A DNA stretch of 63,323 bases, the filler included, from Olpidium bornovanus S191 (lineage: Eukaryota > Fungi > Olpidiomycota): NCBI GenBank assembly GCA_017911155.1. It is 30 parts of 30 records of this genome, joined end to end, with 100 filler letters (N's around TTAATTAATTAA, not from the genome) between each part and the next. Parts side by side here need not be neighbours in the genome. Positions count along the whole stretch, not along the records: positions 57,933 to 60,308 come from JAEFCI010012516.1; positions 60,409 to 61,955 come from JAEFCI010013488.1; positions 62,056 to 63,323 come from JAEFCI010008948.1; 27 more parts are not named here. One strand, written 5' to 3'. Positions within the stretch are counted from its first letter, which is position 1, and every line of letters starts with the position of its first letter. The notes beneath the pieces are model-generated. The model was given only the letters and a program-made list of their open reading frames with translations, made no database searches and was not told the origin of the DNA. Position numbers and translations under genes: made by a program. Shown here piece after piece: positions 58,424 to 63,323 of this stretch.

Positions 58424-60115
58424 ATGTCCTCGGCGACGGACCTCCTGAAAGGCGTGATCCCCGAGTTCGCCCCGTCGACCTTCCTGCCGCGCCCGGACCG
58501 CGGCAATGCCGGAAAACGGATAAAGGTCGCGACGAATTACTTCGCCATCACCAAGTTGCCGGAATCGGTCATTCACCATTACGAGTGCGTGACGCTGCGG
58601 AATTTTTTTTTTTTGAAAAAAGCGCAAAGTAACGAACGATGATACGTCGTCCGCCGACCGATGGAAACGCCCCGGCGGCGGGGGGCGGGGGGCGGGGGGG
58701 GGGGGGGGGGAAGGGGGGTTAAGACAAACGTCCCGCGCCCCCTTCCCCGTCCCGCCAGCCCGTTAATTCGTGTCCAAGATCTCTGATTCCGTTTTTACGA
58801 TTTGCCGCTGCCGCCCCCCTCCCCCACCCCCCCGGCCCATTTCGGACTGTCGGTTTTTTTTTTGCTTCCCTCAAGTGTCTCGGTAGGCGCGCGCTCGCCG
58901 TTTTAGACTGTTTCGCGTTCGTTCTACGGTTTTCCGTTGGAGGGAAAAGAAAACTGCCCAAGCGCCGGGGTCTTATCTTACGCTTTCGGGGAATTCCCGC
59001 CGACGTTCACCCTTCGTCCGTCGTCTCGTCTTTTCTCCACCCCGTTCCCCCTTTCCCCGACAGATAACGGTACAGCCTCATCCGGCGTTTTGGAGCGGGA
59101 TGGGGGGCGGGATGGGCCGGGAGAAAAAGACGTTCGGAAAACGCGGAATTTTCTGGGGCCGCGAAGAAGCGCTCGCGCAAAGAAAAATGAATGAATAAGA
59201 CGCGGCGGGGCCAAAACGCGACGCGCTGTTAACGCCCCCCCCGCCACCCGCTCCCCCGCCCCCCGGAAAAGCCGGATGTCCCGCCTTCCGTTAACCGCCT
59301 GGTGTTCAAGGTTTTCGTTAAGCAGTACCAGACAACGAAGCTGGCCAACGTCGCGGTGGTCTAGTGCGTAAGCGGGCTCGGCCCGGGGGGGGTTACAAAA
59401 CGTTTGCTGAACCGTTTTCCTGTGGACTGCGCCACAAGCGACGGCCGCGCAAACGCCTTCGCGGCAAAAGAACTTCCGTTTCGATCCGATTCCTTTACGG
59501 TAAGCAATCGAGGGGGGCGAGCGCGAGATGGACGGGGCGTCAAGGAGGGTTTGGGCCGGGCCGAGCGGGGTTGTTTTCTTTTCCTGCTCACCAAAAAAAA
59601 ACTCCCGCGCGCCATCGCACCTCCCAAAAACTCAGGTAAATCTCGCGGACCGAGGCGGCGCGCCGGCGGCGGCCGGCCGGCCCGGCCCGCGGCGCCCGCC
59701 CCGCGAGTTCACCGTAAGGCTGCGCTGGGCGGCCGGGGTGGACGTCGGCCGGCTCAAAGAGTTCGTGCACGCGCGCGCCGCACTGGACAACGTCGTGTTG
59801 ACGGCCGTGCAGGTGCGACCCGCTCCTCCCCCCTTGCCCGGGTTGATTTTTTTTTCTTCGATCGGGGGTTTTTTTCCGTTTCGGTCGGATGTGTTACGCA
59901 ACAGCAGCGAAAGGGGTCGGAAAAGGAGGGGGAGTGGGGTAGACCTGCGCTGACTGACCCCGCCTTTTCTCTTCCCCCTCCCCCGCCTGCCGCTAACAGG
60001 CCATGGACATCATCTTCCGCAATCACCCCGTGAACAATTTCCTGTCGACCGCGCGCGCGGTTTACATGCCCGACGACAAAAGGCCCCTGACGGGCGGCGC
60101 GGAAGTCTGGGGCGG
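58424..60115 (+). CDS. AGO1: Eukaryotic Argonaute, N-terminal/L1 region, 3' truncated
   Basis: Exons 58424-58584, 58876-58882, 59064-59069, 59272-59363, 59439-59499, 59636-59812 and 60000-60115 give RPDRGNAGKRIKVATNYF...HHYD|VS|IT|PDVPPSVNR...VV|YDGRANAF...LPF...FTVRLRWA...Q|AMDIIFR...LTGGAEVWG. Confidence 0.95.
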
Positions 60116-61919
60116 GTACGCCATTTTTTTGCCACTGGTTCTGTTTCGCGTTGTTTTTGTTTTTGCTTTTTTTCTTGGAGCTCCCCTCCCCCCCCCTCCC
60201 CCTCCCACCCCACCACGCCTTTCGCCGCGGTCTGCCCGCGCCACTTGGACACGGGGAATTGCTGCTTATTCCCTGACTGCCAAACCTGTTTGTTTCGTTG
60301 TCTTTTGGNNNNNNNNNNNNNNNNNNNNNNNNNNNNNNNNNNNNNNNNNNNNTTAATTAATTAANNNNNNNNNNNNNNNNNNNNNNNNNNNNNNNNNNNN
60401 NNNNNNNNCATGGAGCACGGTTGAATATATCGACGGATCAACAAGCGGCTACTGCGGATAAACGAGATCTATCGGAGGCGAGGTCCCCGAAATACCTCCG
60501 TTTGCGATGAAGCGGCTTGGCAAGCTGCAATAACACGCTGACGCCAATATTATTGGTTTTTGCGCACTCGGGAAGCCAAATCTCGCGTGCAGAAAATGAA
60601 TCAAGCCCCCTAAGAATACAGCATTTCTCGTGCTAGCGTCGGTCGTTCCTTTGCACTTAAGCAGAAAGTGCCACTATCCCGCACCGAGTGGCACACACGT
60701 CGGAGAGAAAAATATAATCCGACTATCAAAATCGACCAACTGTTGGGGGGTTCCTTCATTCAGCATATGAAATTCAAAATATTTTTTGGTAAAAACGTGG
60801 AAAGAGGTCGAGAGTTGCTAGGCGTGTGAAATATGGGTGCAGACGGAGGAAGATGTGAGGCGTAAACTGCAGCTGTGGAAAATATCAGCCGGATTTGAAC
60901 AAACCAAGGGGCAGTGTGATGGTTAGATATTCGGCGTTCATTTCACCACTGATTCCATCCATCTCAACCCGGCTCCTCATCCTGTTCCACGTCCTCAATC
61001 TCCTGCACCGGCGGAATCAAGTTGTCATCATATAACTCTGCAGGGGCTGGGCCCCGTCTCTCTCCTCCAGATTCATCAAATCAGTTGAGTTGGTTTCTCA
61101 GCCGAAGCCGCTGCGTGAGCACCATCGTTACAATTCGCCACCTGGGAAAAGGCCCGCCTTCCTGGCACATCCCCCCGGAGAATCAGGGCGACGCGAGCAA
61201 TTGCCATCAACTTTCCATAAACTCGCGGCCCCGGATGAAATAATCGCGGGGCTCGGGATGGCTGCGTAGCGGGTCCCGTCGGGCGTGTGCATAGGCAGAC
61301 GGCATTTTTTTCTTTTTAAATGTGCCTTGCAAACGGATGCTTTGCTCGGGGACATCCGTCAGGCCAAATTTCGGCCGCGTCTACCGGGAAGCGTAGATGC
61401 GCGCGCGGCTTGGCATTTGCTTATTAGATTTCGCCGCATTTTGCACGTGCCCGCGTTTGCGTGGCACGGTCGTGACGACAGTTCGGCACGTGTGTGTGTG
61501 GCTGCGGCTGGCCGGCCGGCTTTCTGACGTAAGGTGTCCTGCGTAAAAAATCCAGGGCCGGTGTCTCCGGGAGCCGTGGCCTCGACGGGGGCGGGCGGCG
61601 CAGCATTTGAGGACGGAATGACGGGGGCTTTGCGCGCGCAGTTTTGCGGAAGCGGGGCCCCGTTGCGGACGTCGGCGCGGGCGAGGATATCGAGGAGGGT
61701 GCGACAGCACGTGCACTGTCACTTCGGGTGGAATGGACCGTCAGTATGTCCGGTGTTGTACCTGTGAGTGCACCTGCCCGCGGGAGGAGAAGGGGTTATT
61801 TACCCCTGGAAGTTGGGCACAGCCCGCCCGGGTGAAGGGCTCATCAGAGAGCATGCCAATTGGTGCACCGGCGAATGCACCGGTGAGCGCGCTGACGGCC
61901 GGACCAACGGAGGTGCCGG

Positions 61920-61955
<36 letters not shown>

Positions 61956-62847
61956 NNNNNNNNNNNNNNNNNNNNNNNNNNNNNNNNNNNNNNNNNNNNT
62001 TAATTAATTAANNNNNNNNNNNNNNNNNNNNNNNNNNNNNNNNNNNNNNNNNNNNCATGTATTCACGCGTTCAGCTGGCGGAGGTAGCTCAAGTGCGCGG
62101 TACTGTATCCTCTCGAAATTGCGCGCCTTTTGGAACAGGAGCGCGCTCAGGCGTATTCAAGCTCCTTTTCCTTTTCATAAGCTGTTTCGCTTATGACGCC
62201 CGGAACGCGGGCTCCCTGCGCCTTGCGTAGCCGGTCGCTGCCGCATCGGCTCGGCCGCCGTCAACTGTTCGCGCGGCCCTCCGCCGTTTGCCCTCCCCTG
62301 TGATGAAGCCAGTCTGCGTCTACGTCTGTGGTCGTCTGCCTTCCGGAAAGAAGCAAGACCCTGACGCTTATAATCAACTGCATACCGGCCCCCTTCCGCT
62401 CCCCGCGACTCCCAGCTCGCTTAGCCGTCGTCATCGCACGTCAACTGTCGTTCACCTCACCCCAGTGACTGCCGCTAAAGTCGTTCCGTTGGTTGTCGTC
62501 GAACGCTGCCGTCCAAACGTCGAGCTCTTTCTAGCGTCGTCTGTCGGCAGGCCGTCAAGCTCGCTCCGCGGTCGCTGCCGTCCAGCGGCCGCAGCGAGCT
62601 CGCTCTGTAGCCGCTCGTACGCTGCCGCCTAGCGGCAATGAGCTCGATCTGCCGTCGTTCAATCGGCTGCGGTCTTGTTCGCCCGCCTGCCAACGTGTTT
62701 TTTTTGTCGTTTTATTCTCGTTTTAAGTAATAACGGAAGCTGCAGCCGCAGCTTAATTAATCTTCGGGGTGCCATCCCGAACAACTAGAACCCTCTTCAG
62801 CTTCAAAGTTGCGGCCGCTGGCGGCGGCGCGTGCGCGCTGAGGCCTC

Positions 62848-63323
62848 TCAGGGACGCGTCATTGTCGTCTTCAGCCATTTCTCCAACGCCATCTCGTTGA
62901 GCTCTTCCTTATCGTAGATGTCGAAAAACTATAAACAAATACGGACAGCACAATTTTGGTAGGCGGCACAAATGCATAGCACAAATCTGTTTCACAGAAG
63001 AGCAAGCAAGCGCTTTTTTTTCTACCTTGCTGAGACTTGCGGCTTCTTGTAACCGAGTCTTGGCATTCGGGGGTAAAAAGAAAACGAAGACTGCTTGGCC
63101 GGCTTGATCAACCAGAAAACAGAAAAAACTCAACCGGCAAATGCCGCGAATACGCCGATGTGGCATTTTTCCTTCATTTTCTACCTTCGAACTCGCGTAC
63201 AACATGTTCTCTTCTGTCTTCGCCGCTGCACAGGTTCGTTTAATGGCGCGCCGCGACGACGTATCGATACAAGTTTACTCGAGTCGCACTTACTCGTGGG
63301 CGAATAGTATATCAGCACAAGAG
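62848..63323 (-). CDS. AIM7: Glia maturation factor (ADF-H family, Arp2/3 debrancher), C-terminal exons, 5' truncated
   Basis: Not in the ORF track. Exons 63323-63294, 63225-63185, 63058-63026 and 62928-62848 give LVLIYYSPT|TAKTEENMLYASSK|TRLQEAASLSK|FFDIYDKEELNEMALEKWL...*. Confidence 0.8.

Noticed and set aside
60409-61955. Transposase C-terminus (acidic ELYDDNLIPPVQEIEDVEQDEE)
   Set aside because: No DDE motifs or terminal inverted repeats are visible.

Overview
This is not one contiguous locus. It is 30 short contigs (about 1-4 kb) joined by 29 identical artificial 100-nt spacers (44 N + TTAATTAATTAA + 44 N), so gene neighbourhood across spacers means nothing. The DNA is GC-rich, intron-rich eukaryotic sequence (GT-AG introns, CTAAC-type branch points) with many poly-G/C, poly-A/T and (GA)n tracts. 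The gene content points to a flagellated early-diverging fungus: androglobin occurs together with fungal-type HSL lipase, Mtr3, Ctr2-like and DSP-phosphatase families. An Olpidium-like zoosporic fungus is my guess, not a proven assignment. Genes I could splice by hand and recognise: AFG2/CDC48-family AAA ATPase, an orphan HhH-glycosylase-like protein, riboflavin kinase, anoctamin, exosome Mtr3, a Cys-rich GPI-type surface protein, a Ctr copper transporter, a PH-like/ArfGAP protein, HSL-family lipase, a La/LARP7-like protein, SF3B5, DUF599, an AASDH-like PQQ propeller, a LanC-like protein, a CDKN3-like phosphatase, endonuclease III, androglobin, Argonaute and GMF/Aim7. Several decayed copia and gypsy fragments and degenerate tandem repeats are also present. 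I found no rRNA, tRNA or CRISPR array, and no multi-gene novel system can be supported. The best leads are a four-module La protein with a degenerate UUU-3'OH pocket, an extra RRM and a C-terminal xRRM-like domain (Pof8/p65/LARP7-like); a fungal androglobin; and an Argonaute gene that needs two consecutive micro-exons (7 nt and 6 nt). All family assignments come from motif recognition by eye; no database searches were run.
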